A stretch of 64,000 bases of DNA from Sarea resinae (taxonomy: Eukaryota): NCBI GenBank assembly GCA_026026165.1, contig JAPEUD010000006.1, positions 434,001 through 498,000 of the forward strand. The letters are read 5' to 3'. Below, one piece after another: positions 1-12,953 of the stretch. Each line of letters starts with the position of its first letter. The stretch's first letter is position 1. The notes under the pieces are model-generated. The model was not told the origin of the DNA. It saw only the letters and a program-made list of their open reading frames with translations, and searched no databases. A program made the translations under genes and the position numbers.

Positions 1-1176
1 CAAGATGGCTGCGAGAATCTTCTCAAATCGTGTAGAAATGCTATCGCCACTAGTGATCCGCAGAATATCGGAAATGCATCTTACGTTAACGAGCTCTGCG
101 CGAAAGCGGACTTGGAATGTACCGACAACGTACAAGACCCTTATTATCAGTCCGGAAGAGGGGCCTACGATATCAGACACTTCAGCCCTGATCCATTCCC
201 ACCAAGCAGCTATCTCGAATACTTGAACACTGCGGATGTACTGGAGGCTATCGGTGCTAGAATCAACTTTACCAGCCACAGCGATGTGGCTCAAGCTGGA
301 TTTACCGCAAGTAAGTTATCGTTCGTGGACGTTGTTGGTGTTGTAAACGTGTCTAATGTCATTCGGATAGCTGGTGATGGCGCGCGAGGCGGTCAAATCG
401 GCCAGCTTTCTTACCTTCTCTCTCAAGGAGTCAGAGTTGCCCTCATCTATGGTGATGCTGATTACATTTGTAATTGGCTCGGTGGTGAGGCTGCCTCGTT
501 TTCGGTCGCCTCACAGGCATCCTACATGCCATTCTACTCTGCTGGTTATGCAGATATTCAGGTCAATGATTCCTACGTTGGTGGAGCTGTACGCTCCTAT
601 GGAAATCTTTCGTTTTCAAGAATTTATGATTCAGGGCACCTTGTCCCAGCTTACCAACCAGAGACCGCATTTACCGTTTTTACACGTATAGTCGAAGGGG
701 CTAATATTGCTACCGGTGAGACGGTTGATCTATCTAGCTTTGGCACCCAAGGAGACGCCAATGCGACCCATACGAATAAAGATGTGTCAGCTCCAAGTCC
801 CACTTGTTGGATTCGAGATATCGCCTCTACTTGTACGGATGAGCAGAAGGCCATGATCATGGAGAACCAAGGTGTAGTGATGGGTGGAGTGCTCTATGAC
901 AAGGCGAGCGATTACAAACCACCATCTTCTTCAGTCGCCGGCAAAGCAGGGAAACCTGGTGCCCTTCCAACTGCCAAGTCGTCTAGCATCGCGGCAGCTT
1001 CACATACGAGCTCATCAAAAGCAGCAAAGTCCTCGAGTAGTGCTGCGACGGGTGTTTATGTAGCCACAGCCGCGCCAAAGGTCTCTCACTTAGGCGTAGC
1101 TGGGGCAGCGATGGAGGTCAATCTACTAGCTCTAGGGTTGAGTGCCATGACGGCGTTGATTGGGGTAAATCTGTGA
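1..1176 (+). CDS. Serine carboxypeptidase (peptidase S10), 5'-truncated by window edge, with Ser/Ala-rich linker and hydrophobic GPI-like C-terminus
   Basis: Frame open from base 1. S10 motifs GRGAYDIR, ALIYGDADYICNWLGGE and FSRIYDSGHLVPAYQP (catalytic Asp/His). In-frame 60-nt intron 311-370 (GTAAGT..CTAAT..TAG). Confidence 0.9.
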   Translation, partial: QDGCENLLKSCRNAIATSDPQNIGNASYVNELCAKADLECTDNVQDPYYQSGRGAYDIRHFSPDPFPPSSYLEYLNTADVLEAIGARINFTSHSDVAQAGFTASKLSFVDVVGVVNVSNVIRIAGDGARGGQIGQLSYLLSQGVRVALIYGDADYICNWLGGEAASFSVASQASYMPFYSAGYADIQVNDSYVGGAVRSYGNLSFSRIYDSGHLVPAYQPETAFTVFTRIVEGANIATGETVDLSSFGTQGDANATHTNKDVSAPSPTCWIRDIASTCTDEQKAMIMENQGVVMGGVLYDKASDYKPPSSSVAGKAGKPGALPTAKSSSIAAASHTSSSKAAKSSSSAATGVYVATAAPKVSHLGVAGAAMEVNLLALGLSAMTALIGVNL

Positions 1177-1578
1177 GTGTCAAGGGGCGTTTGGGACGAA
1201 TTCTGCGGCGTTCGAGACTCTTTACAGTCGTATCACGCATTTGCATGACTGTGGCCAGCGGAGGAGCGCAGTATTTCTGTGTACAATGATACCCCCCTTT
1301 CTGGTCTAGCATCGAAGCTTGGGCAGATGAATGGCCACATGGCTTGATGTGGACTCTTTCATTTCGTTCATGATATCTCACAGATAGGAACTAATAGATA
1401 GACTATGTTTTCAAGAAGAATAAGAAGGATTCACCAGACTGACAAGACCATACCAACAATTCAATTTCCGAGGCTCTTGGTAGTGAAGCCATCGCGAAAC
1501 CGCAAGACAGGTCGAATCAAAGTAGGTTGTCCCGAGCTTCGGGACCGAACGTTTCCAAGCGGCATTTGCCGAACGCAC

Positions 1579-1642
1579 TTCTAGAGCTTTCCAATCTTAG
1601 CGGTGTGGTGTCTAAACGATCAGCTTCTTGCGCAGTATAAAA
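1579..1642 (+). promoter_or_regulatory. AHA1 promoter: imperfect heat-shock element and TATA box
   Basis: TTCtaGAGctTTC at 1579-1591 (HSE-like alternating nGAAn units) and TATAAAA at 1636-1642, upstream of an Hsp90 co-chaperone gene. Confidence 0.5.
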
Positions 1643-1795
1643 TCGACTCGACCTCTGTTCATGTAGAATTCCATCATTTGTCCAGCACTTCTATCCCTCG
1701 CCTGTTCGACCCAGAAGCATCACACGTCACTGTAAGTAATGAGCCCGAGACCTTCCATCCACAATTATCCATTTTCATTCCCTATTCGACCCTAT

Positions 1796-1888
1796 ATGAT
1801 GAGAATTCCAGCTGGCACCAGTCCTAGAAAGACTTGTACTCTTTTTGCTGCGGATTAGCTTTGCAGGAGTCAATCTCCGCCTATCTGA
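1796..1888 (+). ncRNA. Box C/D snoRNA (snR40-like, predicted 18S Gm562 guide) in the AHA1 5'UTR intron
   Basis: C box ATGATGA 1796-1802 and D box CTGA 1885-1888. Perfect 9-bp flanking inverted repeat TATTCGACC 1783-1791 / GGTCGAATA 1896-1904. Guide GCTGGCACCAG 1811-1821 is complementary to 18S CUGGUGCCAGC. Lies in intron 1732-1969 (GTAAGT..GCTAAT..TAG). Confidence 0.85.
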
Positions 1889-1986
1889 CTTCGTCGGTCG
1901 AATATTTGCTTCATCTAATATCATTACCTTTGTCAATGCGAGATAGAGGCTAATGTGACCGTCTGCTAGTCTTTTTCACCCCCATC

Positions 1987-3151
1987 ATGGTTCTCCACAA
2001 CCCGAACAATTGGCACTGGGTCAATAAGGATGTCTCGGTCTGGGCACGAGAGTATTTAGAGAAGAACCTTGTAGGCCTGAAATCTGGAGAGGATGGCGTC
2101 TCGGCCGAGGTGTCGAAGATTCTGAGCATGGACGGAGACGTGGATGTGAGCCAGCGAAAGGGCAAAGTCATTACCTTGTTCGACCTAAAGTTATCATTAG
2201 AATATCAAGGTACATTTCCTGACTCGTAGAGCGAAAGTCTGGTCTGACTTTGTTTGCAGGCAAGACAAAAGATGAGGGCGACGTTAGTGGCACAATCAAC
2301 ATTCCCGAGGTAGCCCACGATACCGAGGTTGACGAGTATGTCGTATGTCTCTTGGGATCCGATTCCATGGCATGAGTACTGACGGCTTGGACGATTAGTT
2401 TGAGATCGATGTCTACTCCGACGCCAGCTCTAAACAGCCCGTAAAGGATCTGGTGCGATCCAAGCTCCTTCCACAACTTCGAGAAGAGCTTAGCAAGCTC
2501 GGACCATCTCTCGTCGCAGAACACGGCAAGGACATCCAGCATGCTCCTGGTACCGACCCTTCTGCCGGATGGCGACCGGCCAAGGTTTACTCGTCCTCCT
2601 CGGTCAAGGCTCATCCAGCTAGCGATGCCAAATCTTCATCGTCCACCAGCACGGCTCACGCGGATGGCAAGGGACCTCTCGTCAACGTCACCACTGTCAC
2701 TGATACGGAGGAATTCAGAACGACGGCAGCAGAGCTGTACACCACCTTTACGGATCCGCAGCGTATCGCAGCATTCACGCGGGCTCCTCCAAAGGTCTTT
2801 GAGGGGGCCAAGAAGGGAGGAAAGTTTGAGCTATTCGGTGGCAACGTGACAGGAGAGTATGTTGAGTTGGAGGAGCCAACTAAGATCGTTCAGAAGTGGA
2901 GACTGAACCAATGGCCTGCTGGGCATTTTTCCACGCTTGAGATAAAATTCGATCAGAACGATGTCGACTCGGTCACGGTGATGAGAGTGAACTGGGATGG
3001 CGTTCCTATCGGGCAAGAAGATGTCACCAAGAGGAATTGGGGTGAATACTATGTTGTAAGCCTGCCTGAAGCTAATTCGCATCATATATCATCGCTGACA
3101 GCCATGCAGAGAAGCATTAAAACAACCTTTGGATTCGGGACAATCCTGTAA
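1987..3151 (+). CDS. AHA1: Activator of Hsp90 ATPase Aha1
   Basis: N-terminus MVLHNPNNWHWVNKD (NxNNWHW motif), VSQRKGKVITLFD, C-terminal START-like AHSA1 domain ending RSIKTTFGFG. Introns approximately 2210-2259, 2343-2398, 3056-3109. Confidence 0.95.
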
Positions 3152-4051
3152 AAGGGAGGTTGGAAAGGTTCCCTTTTCGCTCCAACGATACAGAGTCCAG
3201 GGCGTTCGCTGCTCGCACGATCTAATGCGAAAAAGAAAATTGTCACGTAGCCAAAGAACGGTATCCCCATCATGGTCAGCAGGGCTGGAGAATAGCGGCG
3301 TTAATCGATCAATCAGAATCACGACCTCAGGAGAGCGATGGATGAGGAATCCGTTTCAGAGACGGAGAGAGAGCGAGCTGCATTTGTATCATCATTCCTC
3401 TTTCGTAGCATAGATTCCGAATAAAGATCCACATTCATCTCTCACTCAGCAATGGATTGATGGACTGTGGTGCTCTATTGTCCGCATGCAGCGATGAAGA
3501 TTATGAAGATTATGAAGATTATGGCGCCCTGCTCGTGGACAGCGAAGCTGCAGCACCTCTCATTGGTGATTGGCGGTGTGGGATGGAGCCCTTGCATTCG
3601 ACCGGCTACGTCGTTGCTGACTGGCTGCGTGACGGGCGGCGATCAGGACAAGCGAACGCCTCCGCTCCTCCGCTCCTCCGCTCCTCCCCTCCCCTGTCAC
3701 GCTCCGGGTTTATCGATTGGCCCAGCCACCTCATCTGCTTGTCGCAAAGCCAACTGGACAATGGGAGGGGTTCGAGAGGTTGGACCACGGGAATGAAGCC
3801 AGCACTCAGTCCCAAGGGGCCGAGAGCTGCTTCTTGTCCTTGACTCTCTTATTCACAGACAGTCCCGTCGCTCACTCACTCCTTTGGCATCAGCATCGCT
3901 GCATCAATAATGGTGGTGGCATAGAGCTGGTGTGTTACATACATACCTAATGTTTACATCCACTACCTACAATTACTCACCTGTTGAATTACCACGGTCG
4001 CAATTGCTTCACGAACTGCCTGTCAGTGCATCATCTCCAGCATACTCATGA

Positions 4052-5846
4052 ATGATGGCGACCGGCCCGATCGAAGATCTAGAAGGCGTCTTCGATGACC
4101 ATCCGTCTCTGTCCGCTTCATTGGAGGATTTCGAGCATGAAAATCGGTCGCCCATCTTCGAGATCCCCTCACACCATTCGGGATTCCAATCCGAGCACTC
4201 GGAACCAGACTCGGATTCCGCGGGACCTTGGTCTCCTCCAGGTTGGCGCAAACAGCATTCGGGAGGTGGATGGTACCGCCAGCAACAGCTCCAACAAGAT
4301 GCGCGAGCTTCAATCAGTCCTTTCAGATCCCGAGAATCGAGTCCGCAATATGAAAGCGCAGCAGAAGGAGATACGACGCTCGCTGCCAACATCCCGCTTC
4401 CCACAGAATCACCTCTCAAGAGATCTCCCAGTCCTGGGCCATATCCTCGCGAGGGACCAGACTTTGCGCCAGCATTTGGAAGTACGAATCACGACACATC
4501 ATCGAGGGACAATCCTAACAACTGTGCGGTCTCCTCTAGTCGATCTGGTTTTTCGTCATAAATGCTAACACCGAACCAGTCATTCGGTTTGCTGTTCGCG
4601 CGGAAGTGCAACATCGCACCGAGCCATTCGAAGCAGCATTCTCCTACGTTCGTCAAAAAATCGACCATGTAACAAAATCTCGCAGCTCCACCCTACTAGC
4701 TATTTCTGTTGCCTTCCTCTCCATCACAATCCTCCGCCTTCTCTTCTTGCCTCCTCCGCCAGCTCCAGTACCAGATCTTGTCAAGGTGGCTGGCCTAGCA
4801 AAATCTTTTGAGCCTCTCATCTTCTATTCCGAAAATGGTGTACAGCAGATTGGCGACCTTCAAGAGACAGGGGTAGCAGTATGGGACCTAGGGGAAAGCG
4901 TGCGGACCACCAACATGACCTCTGCTCCGCTGATAGTCCGGGGGCTCGACGACTTGAGTGAAAGCCTGAAAACGCTGTCAATTGAGTTGACTAAGTTTTT
5001 TGCCAATGTAGACGGAGACATTGACAGGTAAGGCCGGGAACATTTTTCTCTTTGTGGAAGCGACAAGTGTTGACCCTCTGCAGCATTCTCATAGTCATGG
5101 AGTGGGCCAAGCGGGAGCTGTCTCAAGTCTCTTCACTTCCTCTCACATCGATTTCCTCCGTTTTTGATAACGTACATTCGATCCTCTGCCGAGTCGGCGT
5201 CTTTGAGTCTTCAGCTGGCACGCCTACTACCCTTGGAAAGATATTCACGGATCTCTTTGGGCAGTCTCGTCCTCAACGCACCAAGCATACGCTGCAGCGC
5301 ACATTCAATGAATTCTTGGCTGTCTTAGAAGAGAGCATCAATACAGAATTGACTTATTCTATTACTCTTTTTGGTCTCTTTGAAGCCATAGATCGTCAGT
5401 TTCTCAACCTCCAGCGGACTGTTATCCGTGAGTCCGACCAACAGGAGCGGGAAGAGGGCGAGCTTCTCTCATCACTCTGGACCCGCGTGTTGGGACCTAA
5501 TGCGGCGCAGCTGAGGAAGTATGAGAAAAACCGACTCCTACTTGCTACCGTGCGTGAAAAGACTGTCAGGAACAAGCATCTTTTGGTCGACCATAATGGG
5601 AAATTGCTCAATCTCAAGAGCAATCTGGAAATATTGAGGAGGAAGCTGGTCAGTCCTTTGGTACGAAGCAACGACTCGAGCACGTTGTCGGTGGAGGAGC
5701 AGATCCTTGGATTGGACGGAACCTATGACCACTTGCGGGGTGTCAGGGAACGCCAAAAGGGGAAGCTGATGGAGATGCTCTATGGCGCCGGGAAGAAACG
5801 TGCCGGACTGACACGTGGAGATGAGGGTTATGCACTAGAAGGCTGA
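4052..5846 (+). CDS. Hypothetical protein with disordered N-terminus, one transmembrane helix and helical/coiled-coil C-terminus
   Basis: Three ORFs joined in frame by canonical introns 4524-4579 and 5028-5083. Hydrophobic segment LLAISVAFLSITILRLLFL. Confidence 0.8.
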
Positions 5847-6421
5847 TGACACAACGAGCAAAAAAGATCTTGGGACAAGCATGGCTTTCATCGAGCGTGA
5901 TCCAGGCGTCTTTTGAGTGGGCGCAGGAGTACGGGGCAACTTGAAGTGGTTCATAGAAGGCAGTTCCTCCGGCTTCGGCTTTTCAGTTTTGGTCCTCTGG
6001 ACACATGGTTCGGTGCCTTGTTTCTTGGAAGTGCATCTGTTTTTGGATACCTGAGGCGTTGGATGTATAGGTCTTGTGACGAATATTCATAAATTCCATT
6101 CTTACAGCATCGTCAATTTGCGCTTTTCTGCTGCTGGTTCTCGCATTGAAGTATTCGGGAATCTTAATTACCATATTGGTCTGTCATTCAGTGAATGCGG
6201 TCATGACATTCTCGTGATACCTGTCGCTCGCGTGGGGGTCGTACCTGTGGTGTACCTTGCCATACATTTCCGTGCGCGTTCATACCCCGGGGAGACTTCC
6301 TCGCTCTCAGGTACATTTTACGAAGAGCTAATCCTTCGCCAAGCCCTTCATTCGTTTCTCAAATCCCCTGCGGATTCGAGAACTCGACATTTCAACATCT
6401 CAACGTATATTAGCCGTCATC

Positions 6422-7628
6422 ATGCCGCCACGGTTGAATCTCCTGCGAGCTTCCAGGCCAATTGCTCTCCGGCCAAAGGTGGCCCCTCCATCATGGGCCG
6501 TGCAGCCTATGCGTCTCCGTATCGTACCGGTCAGAACCTTCGCCGACGAGAAGAGGCCGTCCAGCGAGATACAGCCAAAAGGCCCCAATATGGATCCACT
6601 CCCTCATGTCAGCGAGGAAGCTGCTGCACTCGGGGATATCACGGGTGAAGGTGGTCCGGAGCTTGAGCAAGGGACTCCGGTACAGGAGGTCAGTGTGCTG
6701 CGTTTGCCTAAAGCCAGATCCTTGCCGTCAAACACCTCAAGATCCTCAGACGCAAAGTGAAGTTTTGGTCGTGATCGCCAGCTTACAGTCTTATGCAGAT
6801 CCTAGAAAGAGACAAGGATGCTCAGGACAAGGCGCCTAAGGTCATCAAGGAAGATATCAAATCTTCGACGCCAAAGGGCACGAGGTCATTCTCCACATCG
6901 ACTCGGCGACTCCAGGAACTTTCCACAATTAGTGTTGAAGATACCGAGGTCATCCCATTCGGCGCGAAATTCGATATCCCACAATTACCCTTGCCAAGTA
7001 ATTCGAATCTCAAACACCGCTACGACCCTGTGGTCCAGCAGGTCACCAATTTGTTGATGCGCCATGGCAAGCAGAGTGTCGCTCAGAGGGTGAGTTTGCC
7101 ATTCCGCCGGCAGAGCTGCTGGTGCAGCATTGTCTGAGTGCATCCATTACGATTATTAGAATTGGCTGAGAAATCCCCCCAAAACAGAACATGTCGCTCA
7201 TCCTGAATCAACTTCGGACTACATCGCCGCCTACGATCAATCCCAATCGTCCTTTGCTTCCTTCCGCACCTCCGCCATCTCATCTACCTCTTAATCCCGT
7301 ACTTTACCTTACGCTGGCGATCGACTCCGTTGCCCCTCTTCTCCGAATCCGATCCCAGAAGGGTGCAGCAGGTGGTGGTGTAGCTTTGCAGATCCCCGTC
7401 CCGCTGGGACTACGGCAACGACGAAGGACAGCTATCGAGTGGATTCTAGATGCCGCGAGCAAGCGGAAATTCCGGGGCAGTGGTCGAGGCGGATTGGCTC
7501 AGAGGGTGGCGGAGGAGATCATCGCGGTGGTGGAGGGCAAGAGCGGAGTTTGGGACAGGAGGAACGGGGTTCATAAGCTGGCTGTCAGTGCTCGTGCTAA
7601 TCTTACATTTGGCCAGCGGAGGCGATGA
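6422..7628 (+). CDS. RSM7: Mitochondrial small-subunit ribosomal protein uS7m
   Basis: Arg-rich mitochondrial presequence. S7 motifs TNLLMRHGKQSVAQR, IPVPLGLRQRRRTAIEWILDAA and VHKLAVSARAN. Introns approximately 6689-6799 and 7090-7188. Confidence 0.93.
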
Positions 7629-9210
7629 TCAGCATTTCGGGGGGTTTGAAACTTATCAGCTATGTATCATTATCAATGGCCATATTCCACAAACTTGGCG
7701 TTCTCGACGAGGGGCCCATCCCCATACTATCAGTCGCCTTTTGACTTGCTACGTCGGCACATGTGATGAGCCGGCTCGGGATCATATCGAGGAGCTGCCC
7801 GGTGAAGCGGATCACATGCATGGCGTGTCAACGCCGTTGGGCATCATGTGGGCTGGCGTCGTCGTCGTCGTCTCACAGGGTGTGTAACACGTCGGGAATT
7901 GAAGGGCGGAGATATCTCCGCGTGGGCGGGTTGAGTGACGGAGCATTCGTATGATGTCGGTGCGACCTGCCTGACGGTGCATGTTTCACCGCCTTGCTGG
8001 TGGTGGCGGACGGTCCAAACCAAAAAGCGGATCTCATGCGGATTTAATCGCCGTCGTTCCCTATCAATAGCAATAGCAATAGCAATAGCATGCAATCTTG
8101 ATCAGTCCTTGGTGTGTTATCATATTGGTAAGCTCGACCATCCATCATCGCCACTTCTCGTGCCTGAGCGGCAACCGAACCTCGTCTGATCGGATTGATA
8201 CATCCAAGTCAGGACAGCCAGCCCATCCAAGAGACCGTCCGAGCCTCGAGAGCCTTGACGACCGTCAGCATCTTCACTACATCGGCCATCTACTATCATC
8301 ATTCAAATGCTTCAAGGCGTCTCCTAGGGTTCCAGCTTCCACTGTTTGCTCCATCTAGGGTTACCGTCGAGTTCCATTGCGCTTAGACTCTGGAGTAATC
8401 GGTGCCTCCCGCCCCTCGCCCGCCCGCTCGCTCGCTCGCTCTCTCCACCTCTCCACCTCCCGTCGTGCCAAGTCAACTAAAGGCAGTCGAAAGCCAAATC
8501 TCCGCCCGCTCGACATCAGCCGTCAGGTAATCGACCTGCACTCTTCGTCCATCACTTCACCCTCGTAACGAAGCAGATCCCCCAACTTGGGCTCTTCTTT
8601 GCCGTGCACTTGCAGCATTTCCATCCTCATGTCGACTGTCAAGCATCGTGCAGAGGCCGCTTCCTTCATCGAGCGTGGCTGACCTGACCGGTCCCGCCCG
8701 ATCGCTGTCCATGCTATAGCAGCTAGAGATCTGAACGGCTAAACCTCCATTACGAGTACTTTCCGCGATTACCAGAGAAGAATACCTTGCTCCATCATCA
8801 ATTGCCCTCTCCTACGCCTTTCACTCGACGTTCCGCCGTCACCGCAAAGACATCTGCACTAATTGCCGAAAGTCGTTTGGTGGGGTCCCCTGACGTCGCA
8901 TCGCCTCTTGCCGTGCCACTAGAGCATCGTGAGGCCGCCAGCGGTTTTCACAAGCGTCGCCGACATTTATTCGCACTCAACTCAGTGGAATCAACTCAGT
9001 GGAATCCTGCCTTTCAGCTTGCGTGAAATACAAATCGAATATAACGGATACGAGGCATTCGAATATTTGTTCTAGCTCAGACTCGAAGAATCCCCTTCTC
9101 TGGTCTCGACGACTGCAACCGAGAGTTTCCATCACACCACCCTCGAAGGGTCCGAGGGTTCCCCTCTTGGAAGCATCACCTAATCGGGTCCTGCACGAGA
9201 GGTTGGCAAG

Positions 9211-11556
9211 ATGGTGAACACAATGTCTCTTGAGTCCGCCCTGGACGAGGAGCGGCGGGAAATTCTCAAACTCTTGGAGGGCACACAGAATAGGCCTCGA
9301 GTCTCGCAGAGCCCGCAAGCGCCTGCTTCGTTCGGTCCGCAAGGGCGTACCGCCAGCCCGGCAGGAGCAAGGTCTCCCGTGCGGAGTATGCTGGATATTG
9401 GAAACAGTTCGCCGGTACGAAGCATGCTAGATGTCGGAGATGTCCCTCTTCGCACTGGTTCAGCTACGGGCGGCGCCCCGCCTACGGTTCGGAGTCTTCT
9501 CGATCCTATGGGCCCGCCAAGGAGACATCGTGCAGATGGAGCCGATGAGCCCGGTCTCTATCGCACGCGCTCCGAACCCTCTGTTGAGCCGTCACACCAT
9601 CACTTTCCAGCTCCGGACCGCGGTCCCAATGCCGAGTATCAGTTCGAGATGCTTCCGAGCGTCCCATCACATATACCCAAGAGAGTCACACAAGGAGGGA
9701 AGAAGCCGAAGAAGGATCGAGATACCATGCCGAGTTCTTTGAGTAGTGTTCTGGAGAGGGCTGGAGACCTGGGCTGGACTGGCGCTCAAGACCGCGGACG
9801 TGCCTTGTCGCCGGCGGGCATTGGTCGCGGCAGCAAGTCCAAGTCCAAGTCTCCTACACCGAGGTCAAAGTCCCCAAATCTGAATCCGAATTCCTTTACT
9901 CCGCTGCCAGTATCTGGAACATTCGTATCTGATGATGGGTTACAAACGTTCGATATGACTAGTGCATATCGGCGATTATCCGACGCGGCTCTGCTTCGTT
10001 CTGGCGGTAGTCTGTCCATGCTTCCACACCACGAACGAGCTGATAGTGGGGAGGCTTTGGGACCTTCGGGTGGTGTGCGATTGCAAAAGGATTACTACGA
10101 CGATAATGGAGAGAATGTTGTTGATAGTAGTGATGAGGAATCAGAATCCGGCGATGAAGGGAGAGGAAGGAGGAAGACCAGAAAAGCCAAGAGCTCTGGA
10201 GAAGATCAGGGCGAGTCCGAGGACAGTGATGGAGAGGATGAACCGGAGGGGCCAGTGGGCATGGGTAAGAAGAAGAAGCGAACCAAGGCTGCAAAGAGCT
10301 TGCTGGCCGCCGCAGAAGAAGAGCGTAAGGGTTCCGACTTCTTAAAGATATGATCGTACTGACTAGTCTATAGGGCAACGTCTTTCTAAGACTTATAAAG
10401 TCAAATCGCTCCTAGATCCCTTGGATGCTGAGGCGCCTACAGAGCGAATGGCGAACAAGAAGGCTGGTGTTCATCCGAATACCAGCTTTGATCAGAATGC
10501 TTCGGGCATATCGACGCCAGTCTCATCCGACACCGAAGCTGATCTGACCGACATACGGCGTGCCCAACGCTTGAATGTCAGCATGTCTCCGATCACATCA
10601 ACGCCAGAATCGCACCGAGTGATTCGGACAATTATCCGAGGCGAATTTTCGAAAATGCAACAAGAGGCTGAGGAGGGGCTTCGTCGGCAAAGAACTTATC
10701 TGGTGGCTACGGATCTGAGCGAAGAGGCCGCTCATGCTTTGGAATGGACCATCGGGACCGTCCTTAGAGATGGCGATACCCTTTTAGCCGTCTACGCCAT
10801 CGACGAGGCCGAGGTCGCCACCAAAGGCTCGGAGAATGACCCTCAGGGGGTGGGGATTGGCGAGGCCGTCTCGTCAATGGCAGACAGCGTTGCGGCCGTC
10901 AGGAACTTTACCACGCTGGCCGCTAGCGCCGTCGAACACGGCGGTCACGGTAGCTCCGCGTCCCCGCTGGCGACGATGACCTCGGCCGATCCAAGCATGT
11001 CTAGTCATTCCCCGGACACACGAGGCATGTCTCGAGCCGAGCAGGAGCGTCGACATGCGGCCGAGGATATCTCGCAGCGGTGTGTCAAGCTCCTGCGGAA
11101 GACGAGGTTGCAGGTGCGCGTCGTGATCGAGGTCATCCATTGCAAGAGTCCGAAGCATCTGATCACGGAAGTGGTAAGTTTCTCCGTCGTAGTGGATTTG
11201 GTCTCCTGCTGAAGAGAATGCGCAGATTGATTTCATCGAGCCCACGCTCGTCATCCTCGGCTCGCGGGGCCGAAGTGCTCTCAAGGGGTATGTATTTTTG
11301 TTTTTTTTTTCTTCTCCTTCTCCTTCTGCAAAGCCGAGAGAGAGCACCCATGAACTGATGCGTGTCTTGTGTCTTTTTTGTTTCTTCTAGCGTGCTCCTC
11401 GGCTCCTTTTCAAACTACCTCGTCACCAAGTCGTCGGTGCCCGTCATGGTGGCGCGCAAACGACTGCGCACGCACAGCAAATACAAGAAGACGAATATTC
11501 GTCTGTCGAACAATCTGACGAATCCAAAGGGCTTGGCGGCTGCTAAGATTGATTGA
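9211..11556 (+). CDS. Universal stress protein (USP) domain protein with long disordered N-terminus
   Basis: YLVATDLSEEAAHALEWTIGTVLRDGD and LGSRGRSALKGVLLGSFSNYLVTKSSVPVMV motifs. Introns approximately 10325-10373, 11174-11225, 11289-11390. Confidence 0.9.
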
Positions 11557-12953
11557 GTGAGTGAGTAAGTGAGTGGCTGGGTGGCTTGGTGATGGAAGGG
11601 TGATGGAAGGGTGATGGGCGAGTTGGGGTTTCGTGGTAGTTGCGTTGTAGTCGCGGCACGGGATTCAAGGGGAATAGCGATAGGGGACCTAGTAACGAGG
11701 AAAAGAGGGAGAGCGAGAGCGAGGGGGACAGCGAGAGCGAGAGCGAGATGGTATAGATTATTATTCGTTCATCTTTTTTTTTCCTTTTCCTCTCTTCTCT
11801 TCCTTTAGGTCTCAGGAGGCAGGCCTGCTGCTCTGACTCTGACTCTGACTCTGACTCTGCTCTAGACTGGACTGGACTGGACGTTTTATTTTCACTCTTG
11901 AAATTTTACTCTTACTCTTACTCTTACTCTTACTCTTACTCTTTCTCTCTCACACACTTGCCCTCCGACTAGTGATTATGGCTGTGATTGATTGTGGCTG
12001 TGACTGACGGTGGATTCTGAATACATCTATCTCATCACGGCCTACAGATCCAAAGCCAACATCCTCCGCGTCCAACGTAACAACTAGGTATTGCTTTCAA
12101 GTGGTCTACTCATTCAACGGACAGAATCGTGTCTGACTCTAGGAACCGGGAGGGACAGGGCAAGGCGGGGCAAGGCGGTGGGGGGGGGGTATAAAGAAAA
12201 GGAAGAAGAAGAGAAAGAGATATAGGAAAAGGAAGAGGTGTAAGAAGAGGAGGAGGAGGAGGGGGCGAGAGAGAGTGTGTGGAGAAAATATGTGGGAAGA
12301 TCAAGATAGGAAGGAAGGAAGGAGGCATAGGCAGGGATTGAGAGATTGCATGTCTAGATGGTGGATGGATCGAGGTCGGGCGGGGTTCGGGGTGGGGATA
12401 GGAAAGGAGATAGGTAGGGAGGCGTAGGGGAGGTGCAGATGTGGATGGAGATGTTAGGGTGGATGGAGATGTTAAGGTGGATTTAGATGTGGAGGGAGAT
12501 GTGGAGGGAGAGGTGAAGGGAGAGGTGAAGAGGAGGAGGGTAAAGAGGATATAAGAGAGAAGTAGGTGGATGTAGATTGTGGAGAGGAGGTAGATGTATA
12601 TATAGATGTCAAGGCAGAGAAGATGTGAGGGCAGGTAGAGGTAGGTAGAGGTAAAGGCAGAGAGGTAAAAAATTTAAGACGAGGGTACGGAGGACAGAGA
12701 AGAGAGGTAGAGACAAGGGTAGAGACAAGGGTATAGAAGTAGGCAGGTGTCTAAGAAGAAGAAGACGACGAAGAAGACGACGAAGAAAAAGAAAAAGAAA
12801 AAGAAAACGAGAAAGAGTAGACGCGTTGACAGGCCAAAACGCGACAGAAAAGAAGGAAGAAACCCAATTCAATGGTAAAAAGAGAAAACAAAAACGAAAC
12901 GAAAAAAAGCAGGGACAAAGAGATAGAGTCAACCAATCAAATCAACCCGTCAG
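11557..12953. repeat. Low-complexity microsatellite/polypurine island
   Basis: (CTGACT)n, (CTTACT)n, (GACTG)n, G runs, and long AG-rich degenerate repeats on the + strand. Confidence 0.85.

Noticed and set aside
3310..3396. Minus-strand ATGATGA..CTGA..CTGA pattern in the AHA1 3'UTR
   Set aside because: No rRNA-complementary guide that I recognise, no terminal stem and no host intron; likely chance.
12110..12936. Leu/Phe/Ser/Pro-rich ORFs in the repeat islands (also 59187-60776)
   Set aside because: Translations of microsatellites.
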